The position numbers and the translations under genes are program-made. Below the pieces are notes generated by a model. It was not told the origin of the DNA. It made no database searches and saw only the letters and a program-made list of their open reading frames with translations. From Raillietiella orientalis (lineage: Eukaryota), in the NCBI GenBank assembly GCA_036172245.1, contig JAYWIR010000003.1, forward strand, positions 6,758,001-6,822,000: a stretch of 64,000 bases of DNA, written 5' to 3'. Positions 40,760 through 53,217 of this stretch are shown piece after piece (position 1 is the first letter of the stretch; every line of letters starts with the position of its first letter).

Positions 40760-42100
40760 CCTCAGGTAATGGTGGGGATGTATCTCGGGGGATTCGGATT
40801 TTCCCGTTCTCCGGCGCTCCCGGCTGTGGGAGCGTCTAGGGCTTTGCCGCTTCCGACGTCGTGGTCACCCATGGCGGAGAAATCCTCCACCCCGCGTGGG
40901 GGGCGCACAGAGTCCGTCTTCTCAGTCTCGCAATTCCCTGGGAAACCGTGGCGACGAAGTGCAAAGTTTTTCTTGGGGGCGGGAACGCTCCGCGCGACCA
41001 GCTGATCCCGGAGCGTCCCCTGTTCCCAGGGAACCAAATACATCTTCCTGGGGAACGTCGGCGAGAGCAAGCGTGACGGCTCCGGGAAATGCGCTGAGCG
41101 ATCCGCAGGGTCAGATGGACCGACGGTAGATGCAGAGAATCCCATTAGCCTTCGGCGCGCGTACGCAAGCATTCCCCTGCCCGGCGTTGCCACCCATCGA
41201 AAGGCAATGAACTCACAAAGGTGGTCGGTGGGTGGTGGTTAGAGCGCGTGTGGTCCTGCTACGCCGTTCACGTGAGGAACCTGCCTAGGTGCCCATACGA
41301 AGGCCGGCGAGGTTGCCTCGGCAACGGGAGGGAAGGGAGAGGGGGGGGGGAGCAAACAAACAAACAAACAAGGAAAAGCAAAAACAAATTCCGCGGGGGT
41401 ACGGGATGGGATCCCATTGGGGACCGTCCTCTGCGTCCTTCCTAGGATGCCGGCAAGGTGCTGCCGCCGCATGCTGTCCGGGTGGTGCCATCTCGCTGCT
41501 CGTCGCAGGAAGCGCAGGGACGGATCGGACGGCGTTCTTCCCGTCTCGCCCTCTTCCGGGGTCTCTCCAGGCCACCGCGACCTCTCGAAGGTAGCGGGAG
41601 AGCTCGCAGCGGAAGCGGCCGACCGCGCTGCTTCCCGCACCGGGAGGAGTCTGAACCCATCCCCGCGGTTGGCTACTGATATGTGGGGGGATCGCGACAA
41701 ATATGGGTCCCCAATGGAACGTTCGAGAGTGGACAAATGGCGCGGAAACAACGGAGGAACCGATCGACGCAGGGGAGTGGCCGCCGCCGCTGCGCTCGCG
41801 GACTTGGGAGTAGAGGATGGGGGTAGGGATGTGGCTGAGGATGATGATGGGGTAAGAGCAGAGGTGGAGCTGAGGGTGAGAGTTTAATGTGAGGGTAGGG
41901 GTAGGAGTAGGGGGGTAGGAGGACTAAGGATAGGGTGGGGATGGGGATGAGGATGTAAGGCAGGGGTGGGGAGCTGAGGACGGGGTGAAACTGAGGATGA
42001 GGGTGGGATAAGGGTAGGTGATGATAGGGTAGCAGTGGGGATGAGGGTGTGGTAAGGATAAAGTCAGGGAAGAGAGTTGGGGTTGGGATGAATACGATCC
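40760..42100 (-). pseudogene. Inverted copy of the ankyrin-remnant family
   Basis: Minus-strand ETGRTPSDPSLRFLRRAARWHHPDSMRRQHLAG (~41550-41447). The reverse complement of 41740-41850 matches + strand 45320-45420. Confidence 0.45.
41810..42090 (+). repeat. G-rich degenerate hexamer tandem repeat (GGGGAT/GAGGGT/GAGGAT-like)
   Basis: ~280 nt nearly lacking C, with 6-nt periodicity; a shorter complementary C-rich version lies at 45240-45340. Confidence 0.8.
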
Positions 42101-43199
42101 GAAGCGGGGAGGGGGGGGCAGAGATCTTTTCTCTTTGGTTACTCCCTCGACTCAGCCTCGGCTTCAAGTCCGTCGCTACATCCCGATACCAACTGGCGGT
42201 TCGTCTCCTCATCTCCCCGTTTTCCTCCTTCTTCCGCGGCGAAGAACCGGGGCGCCTGTTGGTGCGCGTCTCCCTGTCAGCCGCGCAGCCGAAAGCGAGG
42301 GGCTCCCTTCCTTCCGCCAGCGCCGCCTTCGAAAGTCGACCGACTGCGGACCCCTCCCCTCCCTGCTCTGCCAGTCGGTTGCCCTCAGGGAGCAGGGCTG
42401 GGTGTCCCGCGGTGGCCGAACTGCTCTGGCTGTCCGCCGCGGAAGGTGGTGGAGTCACCCCAGCGCGCGAGCTCGGGCGCGCAGCGCCCCCTAGTCGCCA
42501 TCCCTGCAGGAGAAAGATGGCAGCAGCCCACCGGCGAGGAAGGGGAAGCTCCTGTGAGAATCGCGGGCAGCAAACAGCCAGCCGACCACAAATACCCCGC
42601 CGTGTAACCTCAAACGGAATTGGCGCTGGGTCCGTTCCAGGAAGACGGTTTTGGGACTCGCTCGCGACTCTCCTCCTCCTCCCCTTGCTTTTACGTTTGC
42701 CCCGCTTCCGGAAATGCCAAAGAACGGAAGAAGGGTTTTCTGAGAATTGCCCCGTGGGGCAGTGGGAGGTCCCGAGTCCTGCTGAGGAACCTGCGTGCCC
42801 CGAGTAGGGCTGGAGGTCTCGACTTCCTCACGCTGGAGCGTATGGAGCGTCGGTTCCTGCCGAGAAGACTTGCCCTGGGTCGAAGAACACCGGACGTCAC
42901 AGCATCCCTCTTTCACGAAGTCAACCTCTCCCAAAGACGACATCCTTGCCTGAGCGCCTCTTCGCGGAGAGAGCGTCCGGCTGTCGAGGGTTGACTTTGT
43001 TCCTCGTCGGCGGCCACCGAACTCCGGTCCAGTCCGGGTGTCGGCTCCGAGAGACGGTCACTTTGGTGAAAGGGGGGGGGGATTCTTGGATCTCCCGTTT
43101 CCCCTCGAACTCCAGCGCCTGGTTCCGGGAAGCAGTTCTCCCGTGGGGAAGGATGAACCTCGAGAGCCGGGGTAATGGCTCAGCCTGAGGCACTCCAGA

Positions 43200-44510
43200 A
43201 ACGGACGCTCCTGACGTTGCACAAAGACCTCCAGGCAACACCTGCCGACATCACCGGACCCGGGGGAGGGAAGAGAGCGGACCCGAACGGCAGCAGGTGC
43301 GGGGAACGCGAATCCCCCCACACCTGTTCGTGGGTTGCGTTGCCATGCGACCGTTGCGGGAACGATATTTTGCGGAGACGACCCTCCGCACCCCACGTGA
43401 CAACCTCAGGGACTCACCGAAATCCCTCTTAATCCTTTTTTTTTTTTTAAAAAAAAAAGGGATTCCACTTTCAGTGGCTACACTGAACGAGGGATCATGA
43501 GAATCCTTTGGGGTTCTTCTGCTTCTGCTGCTCTTCTTCCAGCTTTTCTTTTTGGTTCTCGAGGGGTACGGAAGCACTGCCCGCCTCCTCAAGGGGCGCC
43601 CACGCAGCTCCTCCAGGCCACCGTCCACGTTACTAGAGGGTGCGTGACTCTCTTCAAGTTGGGAGTGGTGGTTGACCACGCTGACCAGGGACCACCTTGT
43701 GGATCCAGGGAAGCTCCGGAGGAAGGGGACCGTTTCTCTCACGCTTGGGAGGGGACCCCGAAGAGAACCCTCGCGCTGGTTATCTCCGAAGGGAACCCAG
43801 AGGGAGCCACCCCTCCCTCGTTCTCTTTGAAAGGGACCTTCTGGTTTGTGGGGGGTTGCGTCTCGTTTCTTTCCTGGAGGGAACCCGGAAGGGATACGCA
43901 CCTGGAATTTCTTCTCCGTAGGGACCCCCCCTCCCTAAAAGGATCAGCTCTTTCTTCCCTCCTCTGAAGAGAACCTCGAAGGGGCACTCCCTGAAAGAAG
44001 TAGCACACTTTTTGCCCTCTTAGGGCAAGCCCTTGGCAGAAGCACACAGCCCAGATGGGAGGTGAATCGCAGAAATCGGGGAACTGGCGAAACCCCTCGC
44101 TTAGCGGCCGAGTGCGGGCACTCGTGTTCGCCGTGACCCAGAGCGTCCCCCATCCAAAGGGCTGACACGCCGGAGCGAGCTGCCTGGAATTTCTCGAGAA
44201 GACCTGCTCTGGTCCCAGGCGTGCAGGAAGAGCCGCGCCCTCCTTCTCAAGAGGCGGGAGTCGCCGCTGCTGGTCTTGGCTTGGGGGGTCCCGTGCAAAG
44301 CGTGCGCCTTCATCACCGGATCCGGGGAGATCTTACCTGCTGTTGGACCGTGCTGCTTTTTGACTCCTTTGGGATCTTTTATCGATGGCTTTTCGTAATT
44401 CCGGTGCACGGCCTCAGCGATATTTTGAAACGCCCCTCCGTGGGTGCCACCCTGCCGCCGCCCGCGTCCCTCGCGGTGCTCAGCTGTCTTCGCGGGATGG
44501 GTAGCTAACT
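43200..44510 (+). pseudogene. Ankyrin-repeat pseudogene, paralogous unit B
   Basis: Clearest motif: EVNRRNRGTGETPRLAAECGHS (44059-44124). Also KRADPN (~43270), TQLLQATVHVTRGCVTLFKLGVVVDHADQG (43602-43691) and DSFG...HGLSDILKRPSVGA (44362-44448). Broken by stops and frameshifts. Confidence 0.65.
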
Positions 44511-45299
44511 GGAACGCCACAAGAAGAGGACGCGATGGAAGGGGTGCCATCCGCTAGTTGGGGGTCTTCGTGAGGATCGCCACGAGATGGTCCCACTTAA
44601 GGCAACACACACGCAACGAACTTGCGTCATCCTAGAAAGGACTCAAAGGGCGTCTAGTAGCAAGCAGGGATCCCTTCCTGAATTGCCTTCTCCTCCTCCA
44701 CCCCACCCCACCTCCCCAAAAAATTCGTGCCCTTTTTTGGGGGGCTTGTCATCACTCCCCCTGCCCTTCGCTGCCGATGAGATCCGCGCCGGTCTGCGTA
44801 CTGGCAACCGGGAAGGTTCCCTGCATGTCAGGAAGTGGCAGGACGGACAGTCCCACCCGGTAACGCCGGGTGAAAGAAATCATGTGGTCTCCTACCCTGG
44901 GTTGAGCCGCCAGTAATCCCTCGAGAGGACCACGTGCGGTCCCCCAGTGTTCCTGGATGGCCGTGCCCTCCCCTTCGAGTGGCGGGTGTCAGCATGCTTG
45001 CGGCGCGGCGCGGTGGACTCCTTTGCAACGCCCGCCGGCATCACTGGACCAGGGAAGGAGAGTAGGTTCAAACTGCCGTAGGTGCGGAGGAGGAGAAGGA
45101 ATCACCACCCCACACCTGCTTGCGTGCTGTGCTGCCTCCTTCCGATCCCTATGCGGAATGAAGTGACGCGCACAAAAAAGTCGAGGCTGAGAGAGGAACC
45201 ACGAGGATATTCCTCCCCCTTTCATATGGGATCGTTTTCATCCACCTCCACCGCCCCAATCTTCACCCCAACCCCGACTCATCCCTCATCCCCATCCCA

Positions 45300-48200
45300 C
45301 TTCCACCCTCGCCCCATCCCTAACCCTCATCCACACCCTCCGCTCCCGAATCCACGAGAGCGGCAGCAGAGGCGACCGCTTCCCTGCCTCTCCCTGTTTC
45401 TCTGCTGTTTCCTCACCCTTCTCCCACGACCGGAGACCCCTGGCTGCCATAAAAAGGGACGTTGCGAGTCGCGTGCGTGTGAAGACGCGGAGAGCGAGGA
45501 GCGGGGAAATTTTACGAGCGCACGCGCGCGCACGCATGCAAGTCCTAGGAATGCGGTCTTCCAGTTCACGAAGGACTCCGGGAGGAGACCTGAACCTTCT
45601 CGATCACGACACGGCGGAGAGCTGTCCAGGGAGGAACGCTGCCCCTCCCCGCCCTCCGATCAGCGGATCAGCGGAAGAGCAAAGGCGTCCATCTCTCAGG
45701 CCAGCTCCTGCTTGCACGCAGAGACCGGTCCTCTCTGCGCCTCGCCCAGGAGGGAGGACGGCGTTTCGTGGCCACAAGAGGGCGGTCGGGCAGGTCACCA
45801 GCGCGCCTCAGGGGACATCCCTTTCTTCTGTCCCTTCTCGCGCGCCCGCCAACGGGAAGCCATCTTCGAGGCTTGCTGACATCACAGGGGAACGGACATC
45901 TCACCCGAGTCCACCTGATGCGCCCTTCCTGGTCCTGCCGCCACCCTCGCAACCAGAGATGTGCCGCGGGTGATCCGTCCTACCGGCCGGAATCGACTGA
46001 GCGTGTGCGTTTTCCTCGCAGCCATCGCAGAAGCGTGCGAGGAGCGCTGAGACGACGACACATCGGGGCCCACCCGCTGGCGCCAGCGCCGACCCGATGT
46101 CGACGAAGAGCTTTCAGTCGGTGCTTGCCATCGCGGCTCAGACGGGACACGCGACGACCCCTTGGCGTGCTCACGGGAGCCGGGCACGCTGCGGACCTCC
46201 AACCAACGCCTAGCAGCGGGAACCTTGCCGGCTCTCCGGGAGCACCGGGAGTGTTCGTGGGCGCACTCGGCTGGGGGAAGCGACTGCCCGCAATCACGGA
46301 ACGCCAATCCCTTGGGATCCCTGGGAATCGAGGGGTGCGACGCTATCCAGATGGTGGCGGAGGCATCGGGCTCTAAAGAGGAGCTCTTATGCCCCCCCAA
46401 TCCCCCATTCCGCGCGCGCGCGCAGCTCGAGAGGGCGCATGCAAGTTGCCACCGTCTCCGGCGGCGTAGGGGGAAACAGGTTGGTCGTCCCGATGAAGGA
46501 CACGACCGGGAAAGCGAGAGAAAGAGTCGCCCCGCGTGAAGCAGCGCCGCAGCAGCTCTTCCGGGGCGTCCTTCTGCCTTCGAACAGGACTCGTCAGCAT
46601 CCTGGACAGCGTGTAGAGGACCCTTCGAGCGAATACAATCCCTTCCCCGGTCCCTCCTCCCCAGATAAACTCTCCCTCTCCCTTTTTTCAATTGGTTTTG
46701 TTGTTTTCCCTTCCTCTTTTTCCCTCCCCTTCGCCGCAGGAACGGACCTTGCCCGTCTTCGTACCGCTTCCGGCAGGTTCCGAGCACGTGGCAGACCCCA
46801 ATGCGCTGACCACCTTGTCCTTATTGTGATCCTGTCTTTTATTGTTATTTCAAGGGTAGGCGCCCAGGTCAAGCCGGGACGAAAAACCTGGGAAGCGGAC
46901 TGTGGGAACTCGCTAGCACCCCTGCAGGGATACGTGGTGACGTGCCGCAACGAAGAGCTCCCTTCTGTCCCTTCCCGTTCAGTCAGTTTGGTCTTCTTTG
47001 GTTTTCTTTCGTTCCCCCTGGCAGTCCGCCAACCGAATCTAAGCAGGTGCATCGAACGTATTAGGACGGAGAGAGCCACCGACCACATCCGTATGTTTCT
47101 TACTCTTTGTGGTAAACGCCCCGGCGTGACCGAATGGCGATGGAACCATCTGTAGTGTCGATAGCAACCGCACCGTCACGCCTCTTCGGCCAAGCGATGG
47201 AACGACTTGCTGTGGCCGATAACCACAACACACGAAGGACGCTGCCCAGCCGTGGAGGACGGCGAGAATTCTCAACGAATCACGGCACAGCAGCGCAGGT
47301 GAGTCGGCTGCAACTAGGGCGCTCGCGTCGAGCGGACGAAGCCAAGGGCGAGAGGTCTCCCAGGGATACGGAAATCTTTGGGAGTTCCTCTGTCGCGCTT
47401 CTTTCCTTCCAGCTTCCATTTCTTTCTTTTGGTTCCCCACGTGCTAAAGAACCGTCTACCTGGGAGCTCACCAAGCCCTTTGATACGCCAGCGTCTCCGA
47501 GGAGGCGCGGGGGCACCTCTCGGAGCGGACGCCGTCGCCTCGGAGACGGCGCGAAGGCACATCTGCGGAATGGACTTGCTTCGGCGGCACATACACTAAA
47601 TTTGACATTGTCCGTGCCACCCGGAGCGCGCGTAACTCTTCAATTTAGAGAGTGACCCTGGAGGGACTACCTTATGAATCCGGGAAGTGCTCCGACGAAG
47701 GAGTCCGTTCTTCTCACGCTTGGGAGGGAACCCCTAAGGGAACCTCTCCTTCATTCTCTCTCCGGAGAGATCCCCCGGAGGGGCCACTCCTTGTTTCTTC
47801 CCCGAAAGGACCTTGGAAAGGATCCGCTCCAGGAATTATTTTCATCTGTAGAGCTCCCGTAAGGGGATCGCTCCTTATTCCCTCCGCTGACGACAACCCC
47901 GAAGAAACGCTCCCAAATTTCTCCGAGAGGCGCTCCCCGGAGGAAGCAGAGCACTTTTGCCACTATGGAGAGCCAACCCCCCCCCCTCTGCCCCCGATGG
48001 GGGTGTCAACCAGCTCCACGGCACGAGATGGAGGGTCCACCCCCAGAGGGAGGGAAGTCTCCACCGTCGCAACCCCGAAGGGAACCGTCGCTCCTTGATT
48101 CCTGGAAAGACCCCAGACTTTGACTTTTAACCCTGGCCAGTAAGCGAGGGCATCTGGATGATTTTTCCAGTGCCGCACCGGAAGCCAACCAGCGTCATCC

Positions 48201-48760
48201 TGCGGGGGGAGGAGTGACTCGAGACCCACGGTGCACCCCTTTTGCGACGTCGGGGCTTTTCCAAGGGGCATTCGAACCCGCGACGCTTGGCACCAGACGC
48301 CGAGACCGCGTCCACACGGGCTCAGAGGCCAGCCATTGACTGAAGCTGGAGCGAGCTGAAGCCAGCTTGAGGCTTCTCTCCCGGGAAGCTCAGCTACCAA
48401 GCGATGGCGGCGACTCCCATCGTCGGGAAGGGATCCTTTTGCCAGAGGGGTCAGGGATCTGCCCGGGGGGCAGAGAGGGAGTCTGTTTTCGTGTGCTTCC
48501 GTGGAGCTCTTGCAGTGCGGTCGTCCCCCTCCTCGCGCTTCCTGCAAACCCAAGCGCCCGCACGGGGCCCGCGTGGGGGCACTTGGGTTTTGCGCCAGGA
48601 CAGACCGTGACGGCAGGCTGATGCACTGTTACACGAGAGGGCATGGTAGCTGTGTGTGTCCTCGGACCTGACCCTACAAGACGGTTCGCGATCGCGGGTC
48701 GACGACGTGGAGCTGGTCAAGAACCTACGAGGGAACCATGGAGTTGCGTCCGACGGGAGC
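45300..48760 (+). pseudogene. Ankyrin-repeat pseudogene, paralogous unit C
   Basis: GGDLNLLDHD (~45580), RDPRCTPF then KGHSNPRRL (48220-48290), TDRDGRLMHCYTRGHGSCV (48600-48656), DDVELVKNLRGNHG (48701-48742). Shares block 47660-47975 with units A and B. Confidence 0.6.
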
Positions 48761-51700
48761 GCGCCGAAGGGCTGTAACCATTAGCAAGAGTGACTGAGGT
48801 GGCGCGCGACCTCCTACGCTCGTTGGCGACGACGCCTGGCTTTGACTGCGTCTTTCTGGTACGCCCTTCCCAACGCAGTGAGCAGCGCTGTCTGCACTCC
48901 ACTGGCAGCTCCCTGACAGCCGCGGAGGAAAACGTTTTGCACTCTGCATAGGGCGAAAACGCCGAACCCTCGAGTACACTTGGCCTAGTGACCAAGACGT
49001 CCTGGCACTCTTGCAGACCACGAGTTCTTGCTTCCTCTGTTTCACCTATTATCATTACTGTTTAAACGCACCCCCAGTTCGTATGCGGTTTTAAAAAAAG
49101 CCACTTGTTACAAAACGCATCGTTTATTCCTGTTTGAAGTTGGTAAGCCTGAAAAACTTTGGATCGGACTTCAGTAAAAAGTTTCCAGTATACCACGCGT
49201 GTCACTCCTAGCCATCGCGTGTTAAAGCACTACGAAAAAAAAAAAAGAAAAAAAAAAAAAGGGTGTATACTTATTGTTCTTACATGTGGAGTGCCTTGAT
49301 TTCCACGTTTCGTTTCTTCCTATTAATTAGCGTTGTTTCAATCACGAATCCTTTTTTCGTGGTCCCTGTTCCAGTCTTCCTCTAGCCGCTGGCGGTTAGA
49401 CCTCTGCACGTGTACCGACTGCTTCCTCATAAGTTCTGGTGCACACGTACGAAAACTTCAAGCACAGATAGGTAAACGGAAACAACAGATGTGCGTCTCT
49501 GTATCAGTCAGTAAGGACTGCAACCATTTCTTCTTCCCACCTGCTCGAGCACGCGCATGCAATCCAGCCGTGCAATCGTATCTCGACATGCTTACTTACA
49601 AAAAAATAATAACCCACGAGGAAATCACATCAATTTGCAGCCACCTTACTGAGTGCGAGTACTTGCGGAAGCAGCAGACACGCCTACGTTTCTTGCTTTT
49701 GCGTCGAAGACCACCACCAGCCGCTCGATTGGGCGGCGGCCGGCGCTGCGAGCAAGCCTGCTTCCCAGCATGCAGATCTGTCTGTCCTTTCTGACCTCTG
49801 GTCACTTTTCGCACACTTCCAGTTTGCCGACGTCGTTCCCCCAAGCGACGCTTACGAGGAAAGGACCGCTCCACCCCGTGCGAAGGTTATGCTGGTCTGC
49901 GCCCCCAGGAAAATTCCCGCGCGCGTTGCGCAAGCGAACCCATCACACCCCCCATGACTCTCGTCCTCCCGCCGCCGTGGTTCGCTCCTCCTTACGGCGG
50001 AGACGTCTACGAGCTTTGTAATGACGACGAGCGCCGGGACGTGGCCGATGTGGAAAGGAAAAAGTCGCATTCCGCCCGAAATGGTCGCGAGTGCGCGCGC
50101 GTAGGCACACCCCTTGAGATCCCGTGCGATCTCCGCCGCAGCTGCCGTCTGCCCCGAGATGTCGACACGATCCGAAAGACCCTCAGGCGCCTTCACGACC
50201 ATGAGGTGAGAAGGCTGCCCAGGGCTTGTGGAGCTGCCCCAGGTGCAGGCGCTGTGCGGGAAGCGGGTCGAGACCAAGCTGCTCCCTTCCTCGACATGAA
50301 TTCGGCCCAGGAAACCGTTCGACTTCACGCACCTCGCATCCGCCCACCGTCCTAAGCGTTTTGCGCACGGCCACGCTCTCCAGGCAATGCTTCCCTCAAA
50401 CGCGCCGACCCTTCCCCGGCAGTTCCGGAGTTCCTAAAAGGACGCACTATGGCGCTTCGCGGCCACGGGGAAAACGCCCTCGCGGTTGCGTGCGAGTGTT
50501 CACCGCTGTCCTTCGAGGGTATATTTCAGGATTGACGCTTGCTCCACGTCATGATGGGCAGAGGCCAAAGGGAAGGAGCCTCTAAGGCATTTTAGCACCC
50601 CGTGGGTCCGAAGAAGCCATCACTCAGGATGAAGAGGAAGAAGAGCTGCTGGAGGAGAAAAGATTCGAGAAAGTACGGGAAGAATCCATGAAGACAGAGA
50701 TAAGCAGCCCCCTCCCCCAAAAAAAAGAACACGAGCCGAAGACTCGTCGCCTCAACATCAGATGTCACCACGGTGCTCCGGTACAACCACTGCCTTCAGA
50801 ACTGGGGGCAGACACGGCACTGACTCGGGAAGCTTCTGCGCCGTCTTGAAGCATCCCTACCGAAGACCTAGCAAGGAGAGTCTTGCCGCTCAGTCGCCGT
50901 TGTCATGGAGGAAGGTCACACTCTCCGTCGTTATGACTCCTCTATTGCTTAATGCCAGAGCCGCTAAATGAGAAGGGTGGATCCCTATCGTTCTTAATAC
51001 TCCGTAGCAACGGAGTGCGGGTCGAAGATCCGAGTTGCTTGCTCCCCCCGCCACCACGGCGACTACGGCACGTAGGAATTTCTTCACGGTTCTGTGACGC
51101 CTCCCCAATGCTCCGCATCTGAGAGGGTGGGCTCGCTCGCTCCCCGTCTGAAGACGACCCTTGTTTCCGAGGAACCCGGGGTAGGGGCGTCGCACACGCC
51201 CTCTTCCTTCTCCCCGCGTCCTCCTGTTCTCTAAGCTGAAGATCCCGCGCTCCTTATTTTGCGTCGGACGGAAGCCCCTTCGCCCGTTGAACTCGCCGGC
51301 GAAAGAAGCGCGGTCGAGCCTGAAGAGAAGGGGGAAGAGGGGGTTGGCGTGGACAGAGGGCAACATTTTGCAAGACGGGCACGCGCCGAAGAAGTGATCT
51401 CACGATCTTCCGGCGGTGCACTCGCACTGCTCCCAACTTTACGTCACGAGGGAAGACCGCTGGCGCCAGATCGACCAAGTTGCCCTGCGGAGCGAACCAC
51501 ACACTCTACGTGGCCGTAAACGCAAAGGGTTGTCTGGCGGCGGAAAGCGGGAGAGGGTCAGAGGACAAACGGCAAAGAAAAGCAAATTGAAAAACAGAAA
51601 GGTGGAGGACGGGGAGCGGAATGGGGAGAGGAGGGGGGGAGGGGAAGGCGAGGCAAGAAGAGCGAAAACAGCGAAAACCAAAACTTTCCATCAAAAAACA

Positions 51701-52421
51701 TCGAAGCTAAGCATGTCAGGAAGCAAGCGGTCAGCCGAAGCAGCAGTGGAACCAAAGAAGAAGGAGGAAGTGTGGCGACGGACGCAGAACTCCGGGATGG
51801 GAAGACTGCCGAAGGAATGCACGTGGAAAAACAAAGCATTAAAACCGAATCGTGGCAATGAAAACGAAGCGGCGGAGCGCGAGAGCCCTCCATTTTGTGC
51901 AGCCCATACCTCGACTTGCATCCGGGTGACCTTCTGGAAGTGGGGACGCAAGTCGTTCGGGCCGTCATTATAAGTGGGAGGTGAAATGCAGCACACCACA
52001 AACACGTTTACCTAAACCTCTATATTGTGCATACACATGCCTAGAAACACCACAGCTAAGAAACTCTAAGCACCGCAGTGTACAGCAATGCACGGTAAGG
52101 ACCGTGCTCTCCTAATGTACAGTACAGGGTACTGTGCTATCTTCGACAAAATCAATGATGAAGGAATTCGCTGAACACTTGCTTCCAATTTGATAGGACG
52201 TGTCTGCGATGGGGCGTAGCTCGAGGTATGGTTGTTGAGGGAAAGCTAAACCGTGAGGGGAAGGGGAGGGGGAAGGCGGTGTAAAAAACCAGAGCGGAAA
52301 GCAAAATCGAAGGGAGCAGATCGAAAACACTTCAGAAGCTGTAAAGGCAACTGAAAAACGAGGAGGTTGAACCTGAAGGAAGGAAAGCGGGAAACCTACG
52401 AGAGCAGGAGACACGCCTTCA

Positions 52422-52425
<4 letters not shown>

Positions 52426-52455
<30 letters not shown>

Positions 52456-52466
52456 GCTGCTGCTGC
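52426..52466 (+). repeat. (CAG)n tract followed by a short (CTG)n
   Basis: gcagcagcagcagcagcagcagcagcagccgctgctgctgc. Confidence 0.85.
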
Positions 52467-53217
52467 GAGGTGTTCGCGTTGACCCGCTGTTTGTGTGGCC
52501 GTAAAGGTCTCAAGGTGGCAGGTAGGGATGAGCACGGCACGGGACAGCAACCCCACGTCAGACCAAATGGAATTATAGGTGCCGCGCCGATGCGCTTAAT
52601 TCCGCTAATTCACACGCGGAAGAGCACGCCTACCCTTCATCGTCACGTGATGCCAACAATGGCGCTTGCCTTTCCCGGTTTCCCGCCAGTCAGGACGTCG
52701 CATCTTTTTGCTACCTTTAACCCCTTTAAAAGGAGGGAGTCGCTAAAAAAAAAAAGATGGATGCATTTCAGAACCTCCATTTCCTTGCTGCGTGCAGCGA
52801 AGAGAGCTGTCGTAGCAGCAACGGAGAAGAGCAAGCGGGGCGTGTTTTTTTCCCGTAGCCTGCTGCTGATCGATGAATCGCTGAGCGGCGACACGAAGAA
52901 AAAAGCCCAGGGCGGGATGCCTCGCCGCATCCCGACGCTTTTCAGTGGAAATCACGGAAGCGTCGAGGAGGAAGACGAAAGAGAGGGAGGGGAGGGGAGG
53001 GGAGAGGGAGGAGATGGTATGTTCGCGCTCTCATCGGAAATGGAAGAAGCGCGTTTGCAGAGGGATTTTCCACCCCGCTGCCTCCTTCATCGGCGTCCGC
53101 GGGACTCCCCGGTGATCCGACTCCCTGCCTTTTCACGCACAAGCGCGGGATGAATTTCCCCACCCTTTCACTCCCTTCCCTCCGTCGTAAGGTGCTTCTT
53201 CCTCACCAGTGGCGGAG

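Noticed and set aside
36000..52000. Many long overlapping ORFs; rDNA, viral or transposon origin considered
   Set aside because: ORFs are R/G/P/A-rich by-products of high GC. I recognised no rRNA core motifs and no RT, integrase, transposase or capsid motifs.
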